From: Eledone cirrhosa
Taxonomy: Eukaryota
Assembly: GCA_964016885.1 (NCBI GenBank)
Contig: CAXHJY010000168.1
Coordinates: 62,001 to 126,000, forward strand
Direction of reading: 5' to 3'
DNA: 64,000 bases
Part shown: in pieces, positions 52,701 through 64,000 of the stretch
Layout: each line of letters starts with the position of its first letter
Numbering within the stretch: position 1 is the first letter of the stretch
The notes under the pieces: generated by a model
Seen by the model: the letters and a program-made list of their open reading frames with translations, nothing else
The model's database searches: none
What the model was told of the DNA's origin: nothing
Program-made: the position numbers and the translations under genes

Positions 52701-55700
52701 GGTGATCCATTTTTTATTTGGGTGATCCATTTTTTATTTGTGTGATCCATTTTTTATTTGGGGGATCCATTTTTTATTTGGGGGATCCATTTTTTATTTG
52801 GGTGATCCATTTTTTATTTGGGGGATCCATTTTTTATTTGGGTGATCCATTTTTTATTTGGGGGATCCATTTTTTATTTGGGGGACCCATTTTTTATTTG
52901 GGTGATCCATTTTTTATTTGGGGGATTCATTTTTTATTTGGGTGATCCATTTTTTATTTGGGTGATCCATTTTATATTTGGGTGATCCATTTTTTATTTG
53001 AGGGATCCATTTTTTATTTGGGTGATCCATTTTTTATTTGGGTGATCCATTTTTTATTTGGGGGATCCATTTTTTATTTGGGTGATCTTTTTTTTATTTG
53101 GGTGATCCATTTTTTATTTGGGGGATCCATTTTTTATTTGGGTGATCCATTTTTTATTTGGGGGATCCATTTCTTATTTGGGTGATCCATTTTTTATTTG
53201 GGTGATCCATTTTTTATTTGGGGAATCCAGTTTTTATTTGGGGGATCCATTTTTTATTTGGGTGATCCATTTTTTATTTGGGGGATCCATTTTTTATTTG
53301 GGTGATCCATTTTTTATTTGGGTGATCCATTTTTTATTTGGGTGATCCATTTTTTATTTGGATGATCCATTTTTTATTTGGGTGATACATTTTTTATTTG
53401 GGTGATCCATATTTTATTTGGGTGATCCATTTTTTATTTGGGGGATCCATTTTTTATTTGGGTGATCCATTTTTTATTTGGGGGATCCATTTTTTATTTG
53501 GGGGATCCATTTTTTATTTGAGTGATCCATTTTTTATTTGGGGGATCCATTTTTTATTTGGGTGATCCATTTTTTATTTGGGTGATCCATTTTTTATTTG
53601 GGTGATCCATTTTTTATTTGGGCGATGCATTTTTTATTTGGGGGATCCATTTTCTATTTGGGTGATCCATTTTTTATTTGGGTGATCCATTTTTTATTTG
53701 GGGGATCCATTTTTTATTTGGGTGATCCATTTTTTATTTGGGTGATCCATTTTTTATTTGAGGGATCCATTTTTTATTTGGGTGATCCATTTTTTATTTT
53801 GGGGATCCATTTCTTATTTGGGTGATCCATTTTTTATTTGGGTGATCCATTTTTTATTTGGGGGATCCATTTTTTATTTGGGTGATCCATTTTTTATTTG
53901 GGGGATCCATTTTTTATTTGGGTGATCCATTTTTTATTTGGTGGATCCATTTTTTATTTGGGGGATCCATTTTTTATTTGGGTGATCCATTTTTTATTTG
54001 GGTGATCCATTTTTTATTTGGGGAATCCATTTTTTATTTTGGGGATCCATTTTTTATTTGGGTGATCCATTTTTTATTTGGGGGATCCATTTTTTATTTG
54101 GGGGATCCATTTTTTTTTGGGGTGATCCATTTTTTATTTGGGGGATCCATTTTTTATTTGGGGGATCGATTTTTTATTTGGGTGATCCATTTTTTATTTG
54201 ATTGATCCATTATTTATTTGAGGGATCCATTTTTTCTTTGGGTGATCCATCTTTTCTTTGGGTGATCCATTTTTTATTTGGGTGATCCATATTTTATTTG
54301 GGTGATCCATTTTTTATTTTGGGGATCCATTTTTTATTTGGGTGATCCATTTTTTATTTGGGGGATCCATTTTTTATTTGGGGGATCCATTTTTTATTTG
54401 AGTGATCCATTTTTTATTTGGGGGATCCATTTTTTATTTGGGTGATCCATTTTTTATTTGGGTGATCCATTTTTTATTTGGGTGATCCATTTTTTATTTG
54501 GGCGATGCATTTTTTATTTGGGGGATCCATTTTCTATTTGGGTGATCCATTTTTTATTTGGGTGATCCATTTTTTATTTGGGGGATCCATTTTTTATTTG
54601 GGTGATCCATTTTTTATTTGGGGGATCCATTTTTTATTTGAGGGATCCATTTTTTATTTGGGTGATCCATTTTTTATTTTGGGGATCCATTTCTTATTTG
54701 GGTGATCCATTTTTTATTTGGGGGATCCATTTTTTATTTGGGGGATCCATTTTTTATTTGGGTGATCCATTTTTTATTTGGGGGATCCATTTTTTATTTG
54801 GGTGATCCATTTTTTATTTGGTGGATCCATTTTTTATTTGGGGGATCCATTTTTTATTTGGGTGATCCATTTTTTATTTGGGTGATCCATTTTTTATTTG
54901 GGGAATCCATTTTTTATTTTGGGGATCCATTTTTTATTTGGGTGATCCATTTTTTATTTGGGGGATCCATTTTTTATTTGGGGGATCCATTTTTTATTTG
55001 GGTGATCCATTTTTTATTTGGGGGATCCATTTTTTATTTGGGGGATCGATTTTTTATTTGGGTGATCCATTTTTTATTTGATTGATCCATTATTTATTTG
55101 AGGGATCCATTTTTTCTTTGGGTGATCCATCTTTTCTTTGGGTGATCCATTTTTTATTTGGGGGATCCATTTTTTATTTGGGTGGTCCATTTTTTATTTG
55201 GGTGATCCATTTTTTATTTGGGGGATCCACTTTTTATTTGGGGGATCCATTTTTTATTTGGGGGATCCATATTTTATTTGGGGGATCCATTTTTTATTTG
55301 GGTGATCCATTTTTTATTTGGGTGATCCATTTTTTATTTGGGTGATCCATTTTTTATTTGGGGGATCCATTTTTTATTTGGGTGATCCATTTTTTATTTG
55401 GGGGATCCATTTTTTATTTGAGGGATCCATTTTTTATTTGGGTGATCCATTTTTTATTTTGGGGCTCCATTTCTTATTTGGGTTATCCATTTTTTATTTG
55501 GGGGATCCATTTTTTATTTGGGGGATCCATTTTTTATTTGGGTGATCCATTTTTTATTTGGGGGATCCATTTTTTATTTGGGTGATCCATTTTTTATTTG
55601 GGTGATCCATTTTTTATTTGGGGGATCCATTTTTTATTTGGGTGATCCATTTTTTATTTGGGGGATCCATTTTTTATTTGGGGGGGCCATTTTTTATATG

Positions 55701-58700
55701 GGTGATCCATTTTTTATTTGGGGGATCCATTTTTTATTTGGGGGATTCATCTTTTATTTGGGTGATCCATTTTTTATTTGGGTGATCCATTTTATATTTG
55801 GGTGATCCATTTTTTATTTGAGGGATCCATTTTTTATTTGGGTGATCCATTTTTTATTTGGGTGATCCATTTTTTATTTGGGGGATCCATTTTTTATTTG
55901 GGTGATCTTTTTTTTATTTGGGTGATCCATTTTTTATTTGGGTGATCCATTTTTTATTTGGGTGATCCATTTTTTATTTGGGGAATCCAGTTTTTATTTG
56001 GGGGATCCATTTTTTATTTGGGTGATCCATTTTTTATTTGGGGGATCCATTTTTTATTTGGGTGATCCATTTTTTATTTGGGTGATCCATTTTTTATTTG
56101 GGTGATCCATTTTTTATTTGGATGATCCATTTTTTATTTGGGTGATACATTTTTTATTTGGGGGATCCATTTTTTATTTGGGTGATCCATTTTTTATTTG
56201 GGGGATCCATTTTTTATTTGGGGGATCCATTTTTTATTTGGGTGATCCATTTTTTATTTGGGGGATCCATTTTTTATTTGGGTGATCCATTTTTTATTTG
56301 GGTGATCCATTTTTTATTTGGGTGATCCATTTTTTATTTGGGTGATCCATTTTTTATTTGGATGATCCATTTTTTATTTGGGTGATCCATTTTTTATTTG
56401 GAGGATCCATTTTTTATTTGGGTGATCCATTTTTTATTTGGGGAATCCATTTTTTATTTGCTGGATCCATTTTTTATTTGGGTGATCCATTTTTTATTTG
56501 GGGGATCCATTTTTTATTTGGGTGGTCCATTTTTTATTTGGGTGATCCATTTTTTATTTGGGGGATCCATTTTTTATTTGGGTGATCCATTTTTTATTTG
56601 GGTGATCCATATTTTATTTGGGTGATCCATTTTTTATTTTGGGGATCCATTTTTTATTTGGGTGATCCATTTTTTATTTGGGGGATCCATTTTTTATTTG
56701 GGGGATCCATTTTTTATTTGAGTGATCCATTTTTTATTTGGGGGATCCATTTTTTATTTGGGTGATCCATTTTTTATTTGGGTGATCCATTTTTTATTTG
56801 GGTGATCCATTTTTTATTTGGGCGATGCATTTTTTATTTGGGGGATCCATTTTCTATTTGGGTGATCCATTTTTTATTTGGGTGATCCATTTTTTATTTG
56901 GGGGATCCATTTTTTATTTGGGTGATCCATTTTTTATTTGGGTGATCCATTTTTTATTTGAGGGATCCATTTTTTATTTGGGTGATCCATTTTTTATTTT
57001 GGGGATCCATTTCTTATTTGGGTGATCCATTTTCTATTTGGGTGATCCATTTTTTATTTGGGGGATCCATTTTTTATTTGGGTGATCCATTTTTTATTTG
57101 GGGGATCCATTTTTTATTTGGGTGATCCATTTTTTATTTGGTGGATCCATTTTTTATTTGGGGGATCCATTTTTTATTTGGGTGATCCATTTTTTATTTG
57201 GGTGATCCATTTTTTATTTGGGGAATCCATTTTTTATTTTGGGGATCCATTTTTTATTTGGGTGATCCATTTTTTATTTGGGGGATCCATTTTTTATTTG
57301 GGGGATCCATTTTTTTTTTGGGTGATCCATTTTTTATTTGGGGGATCCATTTTTTATTTGGGGGATCGATTTTTTATTTGGGTGATCCATTTTTTATTTG
57401 ATTGATCCATTATTTATTTGAGGGATCCATTTTTTCTTTGGGTGATCCATCTTTTCTTTCGGTGATCCATTTTTTATTTGGGTGATCCATATTTTATTTG
57501 GGTGATCCATTTATTATTTTGAGGATCCATTTTTTATTTGGGTGATCCATTTTTTATTTGGGGGATCCATTTTTTATTTGGGGGATCCATTTTTTATTTG
57601 AGTGATCCATTTTTTATTTGGGGGATCCATTTTTTATTTGGGTGATCCATTTTTTATTTGGGTGATCCATTTTTTATTTGGGTGATCCATTTTTTATTTG
57701 GGCGATGCATTTTTTATTTGGGGGATCCATTTTCTATTTGGGTGATCCATTTTTTATTTGGGTGATCCATTTTTTATTTGGGGGATCCATTTTTTATTTG
57801 GGTGATCCATTTTTTATTTGGGTGATCCATTTTTTATTTGAGGGATCCATTTTTTATTTGGGTGATCCATTTTTTATTTTGGGGATCCATTTCTTATTTG
57901 GGTGATCCATTTTTTACTTGGGTGATCCATTTTTTATTTGAGGGATCCATTTTTTATTTGGGTGATCCATTTTTTATTTGGGTGATCCATTTTTTATTTG
58001 GGGGGATCCATTTTTTATTTGGGTGATCCATATTTTATTTGGGTGATACATTTTTTATTTTGGGGATCCATTTTTTATTTGGGTGATCCATTTTTATTTG
58101 GGGGATCCATTTTTTATTTGGGGGATCCATTTTTTATTTGGGTGATCCATTTTTTATTTGGGGGATCCATTTTTTATTTGGGTGATCCATTTTTTATTTG
58201 GGTGATCCATTTTTTATTTGAGGGATCCATTTTTTATTTGGGTGATCCATTTTTTATTTGGGGGATCCATTTTTTATTTGGGTGATCCATTTTTTATTTG
58301 GGTGATCCATTTTTTATTTGGGGGATCCATTTTTTATTTGGGTGATCCATTTTTTATTTGGGGGATCCATTTTTTATTTGGGGGGTCCATTTTTTATTTG
58401 TGGGATCCATTTTTTATTTGGGGGATCCATTTTTTTATTTGGGTGATCCACTTTTTATTTGGGTGATCCATTTTTTATTTGGGTGATCCATTTTTTATTT
58501 GGGTGATCCATTTTTTATTTGGGTGATCCATTTTTTATTTGTGTGATCCATTTTTTATTTGGGGGATCCATTTTTTATTTGGGGGATCCATTTTTTATTT
58601 GGGTGATCCATTTTTTATTTGGGGGATCCATTTTTTATTTGGGTGATCCATTTTTTATTTGGGGGATCCATTTTTTATTTGGGGGACCCATTTTTTATTT

Positions 58701-61380
58701 GGGTGATCCATTTTTTATTTGGGGGATTCATTTTTTATTTGGGTGATCCATTTTTTATTTGGGTGATCCATTTTATATTTGGGTGATCCATTTTTTATTT
58801 GAGGGATCCATTTTTTATTTGGGTGATCCATTTTTTATTTGGGTGATCCATTTTTTATTTGGGGGATCCATTTTTTATTTGGGTGATCTTTTTTTTATTT
58901 GGGTGATCCATTTTTTATTTGGGGGATCCATTTTTTATTTGGGTGATCCATTTTTTATTTGGGGGATCCATTTCTTATTTGGGTGATCCATTTTTTATTT
59001 GGGTGATCCATTTTTTATTTGGGGAATCCAGTTTTTATTTGGGGGATCCATTTTTTATTTGGGTGATCCATTTTTTATTTGGGGGATCCATTTTTTATTT
59101 GGGTGATCCATTTTTTATTTGGGTGATCCATTTTTTATTTGGGTGATCCATTTTTTATTTGGATGATCCATTTTTTATTTGGGTGATACATTTTTTATTT
59201 GGGTGATCCATATTTTATTTGGGTGATCCATTTTTTATTTGGGGGATCCATTTTTTATTTGGGTGATCCATTTTTTATTTGGGGGATCCATTTTTTATTT
59301 GGGGGATCCATTTTTTATTTGAGTGATCCATTTTTTATTTGGGGGATCCATTTTTTATTTGGGTGATCCATTTTTTATTTGGGTGATCCATTTTTTATTT
59401 GGGTGATCCATTTTTTATTTGGGCGATGCATTTTTTATTTGGGGGATCCATTTTCTATTTGGGTGATCCATTTTTTATTTGGGTGATCCATTTTTTATTT
59501 GGGGGATCCATTTTTTATTTGGGTGATCCATTTTTTATTTGGGTGATCCATTTTTTATTTGAGGGATCCATTTTTTATTTGGGTGATCCATTTTTTATTT
59601 TGGGGATCCATTTCTTATTTGGGTGATCCATTTTTTATTTGGGTGATCCATTTTTTATTTGGGGGATCCATTTTTTATTTGGGTGATCCATTTTTTATTT
59701 GGGGGATCCATTTTTTATTTGGGTGATCCATTTTTTATTTGGTGGATCCATTTTTTATTTGGGGGATCCATTTTTTATTTGGGTGATCCATTTTTTATTT
59801 GGGTGATCCATTTTTTATTTGGGGAATCCATTTTTTATTTTGGGGATCCATTTTTTATTTGGGTGATCCATTTTTTATTTGGGGGATCCATTTTTTATTT
59901 GGGGGATCCATTTTTTTTGGGGGTGATCCATTTTTTATTTGGGGGATCCATTTTTTATTTGGGGGATCGATTTTTTATTTGGGTGATCCATTTTTTATTT
60001 GATTGATCCATTATTTATTTGAGGGATCCATTTTTTCTTTGGGTGATCCATCTTTTCTTTGGGTGATCCATTTTTTATTTGGGTGATCCATATTTTATTT
60101 GGGTGATCCATTTTTTATTTTGGGGATCCATTTTTTATTTGGGTGATCCATTTTTTATTTGGGGGATCCATTTTTTATTTGGGGGATCCATTTTTTATTT
60201 GAGTGATCCATTTTTTATTTGGGGGATCCATTTTTTATTTGGGTGATCCATTTTTTATTTGGGTGATCCATTTTTTATTTGGGTGATCCATTTTTTATTT
60301 GGGCGATGCATTTTTTATTTGGGGGATCCATTTTCTATTTGGGTGATCCATTTTTTATTTGGGTGATCCATTTTTTATTTGGGGGATCCATTTTTTATTT
60401 GGGTGATCCATTTTTTATTTGGGGGATCCATTTTTTATTTGAGGGATCCATTTTTAATTTGGGTGATCCATTTTTTATTTTGGGGATCCATTTCTTATTT
60501 GGGTGATCCATTTTTTATTTGGGGGATCCATTTTTTATTTGGGGGATCCATTTTTTATTTGGGTGATCCATTTTTTATTTGGGGGATCCATTTTTTATTT
60601 GGGTGATCCATTTTTTATTTGGTGGATCCATTTTTTATTTGGGGGATCCATTTTTTATTTGGGTGATCCATTTTTTATTTGGGTGATCCATTTTTTATTT
60701 GGGGAATCCATTTTTTATTTTGGGGATCCATTTTTTATTTGGGTGATCCATTTTTTATTTGGGGGATCCATTTTTTATTTGGGGGATCCATTTTTTATTT
60801 GGGTGATCCATTTTTTATTTGGGGGATCCATTTTTTATTTGGGGGATCGATTTTTTATTTGGGTGATCCATTTTTTATTTGATTGATCCATTATTTATTT
60901 GAGGGATCCATTTTTTCTTTGGGTGATCCATCTTTTCTTTGGGTGATCCATTTTTTATTTGGGGGATCCATTTTTTATTTGGGTGGTCCATTTTTTATTT
61001 GGGTGATCCATTTTTTATTTGGGGGATCCACTTTTTATTTGGGGGATCCATTTTTTATTTGGGGGATCCATATTTTATTTGGGGGATCCATTTTTTATTT
61101 GGGTGATCCATTTTTTATTTGGGTGATCCATTTTTTATTTGGGTGATCCATTTTTTATTTGGGGGATCCATTTTTTATTTGGGTGATCCATTTTTTATTT
61201 GGGGGATCCATTTTTTATTTGAGGGATCCATTTTTTATTTGGGTGATCCATTTTTTATTTTGGGGCTCCATTTCTTATTTGGGTTATCCATTTTTTATTT
61301 GGGGGATCCATTTTTTATTTGGGGGATCCATTTTTTATTTGGGTGATCCATTTTTTATTTGGGGGATCCATTTTTTATTT
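49760..61380. repeat. Tandem higher-order duplication of satellite, unit 5801 bp (boundaries approximate)
   Basis: Rare variants and ORF-track entries recur at +5801 (50597/56398, 52037/57838, 55082/60883). Confidence 0.85.
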
Positions 61381-64000
61381 GGGTGATCCATTTTTTATTT
61401 GGGTGATCCATTTTTTACTTGGGGGATCCATTTTTTATTTGGGTGATCCATTTTTTATTTGGGTGATCCATTTTTTATTTGGGGAATCCATTTTTTATTT
61501 TGGGGATCCATTTTTTATTTGGGGGATCCATTTTTTATTTGGGTGATCCATTTTTTATTTGGGTGATCCATTATTTTATTTGGGGGATCCATTTTTTATT
61601 TGGGTGATCCATTTTTTATTTGGGTGATACATTTTTTATTTGGGTGATCCATTTTTTATTTTGGTGATCCATTTTTTATTTGGGGGATCCATTTTTTATT
61701 TGGGTGATCCATTTTTTATTTGGGGGATCCACTTTTTATTTGGGTGATCCATTTTTTATATGAGGGATCCATTTTTTAATTGGGTGATCCATTTTTTATT
61801 TGGGTGAACCATTTTTTATTTGGGTGATCCATTTTTTATTTGAGAGATTCATTTTTTATTTGGGTGATCCATTTTTTATTTGGGTGATCCATTTTTGATT
61901 TGGGGGATCCATTTTTTATTTGGGTGATCCCTTTTTTATTTGGGTGATCTATTTTTTATTTGGGGGATCCTTTTTTATTTGGGTGATCCATTTTTTATTT
62001 GGGGTATCCATTTTTTATTTGGGGGATCCATTTTTTATTTGGGTGATCCATTTTTTATTTGGGGGATCCATTTTTTATTTGGGGGATCCATTTTTTATTT
62101 GGGTGATCCATTTTTCATTTGTGGGATCCATTTTTTATTTGGGTGATCCATTTTTTACTTGGGTGATCCATTTTTTATTTGAGGGATCCATTTTTTATTT
62201 AGGTGATCCATTTTTTATTTGGGTGATCCATTTTTTATTTGGGGGGATCCATTTTTTATTTGGGTGATCCATATTTTATTTGGGTGATACATTTTTTATT
62301 TTGGGGATCCATTTTTTATTTGGGTGATCCATTTTTATTTGGGGGATCCATTTTTTATTTGGGGGATCCATTTTTTATTTGGGTGATCCATTTTTTATTT
62401 GGGGGATCCATTTTTTATTTGGGTGATCCATTTTTTATTTGGGTGATCCATTTTTTATTTGAGGGATCCATTTTTTATTTGGGTGATCCATTTTTTATTT
62501 GGGGGATCCATTTTTTATTTGGGTGATCCATTTTTATTTGGGGGATCCATTTTTTATTTGGGTCATCCATTTTTTGGGGGGGGATCCATTTTTTATTTGA
62601 GGGATCCATTTTTTATTTGGGTGATCCATTTAATATTTGAGTGATCCATTTTTTATTGGGGGGATCCATTTTTTATTTGGGTGATCCATTTTTTATTTGG
62701 GTGATCCATTTTTTATTTGGGGGATCCATTTTTTATTTGGGTGATCCATTTTTTATTTGGGGGATCCATTTTTTATTTGGGGGATCCATTTTTTATTTGG
62801 GGGATCCATTTTTTATTTGGGTGATCCATTTTTTATTTGGGGGATCCATTTTTTATTTGGGTGATCCATTTTTTATTTGGGTGATACATTTTTTATTTGG
62901 GTGATCCATTTTTTATTTTGGTGATCCATTTTTTATTTGGGGGATCCATTTTTTATTTGGGTGATCCATTTTTTATTTGGGTGATCCATTTTTTATTTGG
63001 GGAATCCATTTTTTATTTTGGGGATCCATTTTTTATTTGGGTGATCCATTTTTTATTTGGGGGATCCATTTTTTTTTGGGGTGATCCATTTTTTATTTGG
63101 GGGATCCATTTTTTATTTGGGGGATCGATTTTTTATTTGGGTGATCCATTTTTTATTTGATTGATCCATTATTTATTTGAGGGATCCATTTTTTCTTTGG
63201 GTGATCCATCTTTTCTTTGGGTGATCCATTTTTTATTTGGGTGATCCATATTTTATTTGGGTGATCCATTTTTTATTTTGGGGATCCATTTTTTATTTGG
63301 GTGATCCATTTTTTATTTGGGGGATCCATTTTTTATTTGGGGGATCCATTTTTTATTTGAGTGATCCATTTTTTATTTGCGGGATCCATTTTTTATTTGG
63401 GTGATCCATTTTTTATTTGGGTGATCCATTTTTTATTTGGGTGATCCATTTTTTATTTGGGCGATGCATTTTTTAATTGGGGGATCCATTTTCTATTTGG
63501 GTGATCCATTTTTTATTTGGGTGATCCATTTTTTATTTGGGGGATCCATTTTTTATTTGGGTGATCCATTTTTTATTTGGGGGATCCATTTTTTATTTGA
63601 GGGATCCATTTTTTATTTGGGTGATCCATTTTTTATTTTGGGGATCCATTTCTTATTTGGGTGATCCATTTTTTATTTGGGGGATCCATTTTTTATTTGG
63701 GGGATCCATTTTTTATTTGGGTGATCCATTTTTTATTTGGGGGATCCATTTTTTATTTGGGTGATCCATTTTTTATTTGGTGGATCCATTTTTTATTTGG
63801 GGGATCCATTTTTTATTTGGGTGATCCATTTTTTATTTGGGTGATCCATTTTTTATTTGGGGAATCCATTTTTTATTTTGGGGATCCATTTTTTATTTGG
63901 GTGATCCATTTTTTATTTGGGGGATCCATTTTTTATTTGGGGGATCCATTTTTTATTTGGGTGATCCATTTTTTATTTGAGGGATCCATTTTTTATTTGG

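Larger units (their letters stand above)
1..64000. repeat. 20-bp tandem satellite array (GATCCATTTTTTATTTGGGK), interrupted by LTR elements; runs off both window edges
   Basis: Head-to-tail 20-bp period read directly throughout. Two major monomer types (GGGTGATCC and GGGGGATCC), plus rarer substitution and 19/21-bp variants. Satellite blocks: 1-498, 1052-3575, 4129-4332, 7015-9039, 9593-9796, 12479-17225, 17779-17982, 20663-29926, 30480-30683, 33369-64000. Confidence 0.99.

Noticed and set aside
8-63764. The many ORFs of type MGDPFFIWVIHFLFGGSIFYL
   Set aside because: These are translations of the 20-bp satellite: frames cycle every 60 bp, starts are mostly TTG/GTG and stops depend on the G/T variant. 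They show no coding signal.
1-64000. CRISPR array, iterons or bacterial Dam (GATC) array
   Set aside because: Repeats are contiguous with no unique spacers, there are no cas or rep genes, and the LTR/PBS/PPT architecture indicates eukaryotic satellite DNA.

Overview
Eukaryote-type heterochromatic window with no credible protein-coding gene. About 50.5 kb (~2,500 monomers) is a 20-bp tandem satellite, consensus GATCCATTTTTTATTTGGG[T/G], organised into nested higher-order duplications (visible offsets 741, 880, 1601, 2601, 2879, ~5017, 5464, 5801 and 11166 bp). In the first 33.4 kb the array is interrupted by one LTR-retroelement family: five 553-bp solo LTRs and four ~2.68-kb non-autonomous full elements (LTR, degenerate tRNA-Trp-like PBS, 1.58 kb non-coding interior, PPT, LTR). 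All nine sit in the same orientation at the monomer's GATC with a 4-bp GATC duplication, and all have non-canonical TG...AA ends. A cassette of solo LTR + 204 bp satellite + full element was amplified four times by satellite recombination rather than retrotransposition. Two copies of a ~228-bp inverted satellite block create long quasi-palindromes. Almost all entries in the ORF track are artefacts of the 20-bp period. The organism cannot be determined from the sequence alone.
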